A DNA stretch of 62,951 nt, the filler included, from Rhabdomonas costata (Eukaryota): the NCBI GenBank assembly GCA_019059605.1. It is 55 parts of 55 records of this genome, joined end to end, with 100 filler letters (N's around TTAATTAATTAA, not from the genome) between each part and the next. Parts side by side here need not be neighbours in the genome. Positions count along the whole stretch, not along the records: positions 61,906 to 62,951 come from JAHMHO010031568.1; 54 more parts are not named here. The stretch is one strand, 5' to 3'. This document shows positions 62,822 to 62,951 of this stretch, one piece after another; position 1 is the first letter of the stretch, and each line of letters starts with the position of its first letter. Below the pieces are notes generated by a model. The model was not told the origin of the DNA. It worked only from the letters and a program-made list of their open reading frames with translations, and did not search any database. A program made the position numbers and the translations under genes.

Positions 62822-62951
62822 TCTGCTGGTTGTCCGCGTTGGTGGAGAACATCTTTGACTTCTTTGCCGGGATCGGAGTGTTGCGTTCGATGAGGCGAGT
62901 CATGATCCCTCCCACCGTCTCAATGCCCAGCGAGAGGGAAGCCACCAACAC
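62822..62951 (-). CDS. Hsp70 (DnaK/mitochondrial-type) exon, substrate-binding domain
   Basis: [43 protein letters not shown] donor at 62821. Confidence 0.92.

Overview
This is not a contiguous locus. It is a pseudo-scaffold of 55 contigs of about 1.04-1.05 kb each, joined by 54 artificial 100-nt spacers (N44-TTAATTAATTAA-N44), so adjacency carries no biological meaning. Most contigs start with G/T-only and end with A/C-only strings, and several have terminal fold-back hairpins, which suggests degenerate-primer whole-genome amplification (WGA). Most of the DNA is from an intron-rich eukaryotic nuclear genome, with short GC3-rich exons, GT-AG and several GC-AG introns, and (CA)n/(TG)n microsatellites. 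A euglenozoan (euglenid-like) protist is my tentative inference. Recognisable exon fragments: acyl-protein thioesterase, MFS transporter, cathepsin B-like protease, Cox3, SNF1/BRSK-type kinase, divergent RRN3, dTDP-glucose dehydratase, hemerythrin (two contigs), degenerate hybrid histidine kinase (two contigs), PTC7 phosphatase, MAP3K, Dbp2-like helicase, RRM protein, Trm82/WDR4, type II PanK, LRR protein, TspO and DnaK-type Hsp70. Non-genic content includes a decayed CRE-type retrotransposon, a short dispersed repeat in three contigs, a diverged inverted repeat, an AT-rich ~442-bp tandem repeat and an AT-rich virus-like contig. The best leads are an intron-bounded (nuclear) cox3, a eukaryotic hemerythrin with a membrane-association tail, a pseudo-histidine-kinase receptor, an alphaproteobacterial-like TspO and the virus-like fragment. 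All family calls come from motif recognition by eye; no database searches were run.
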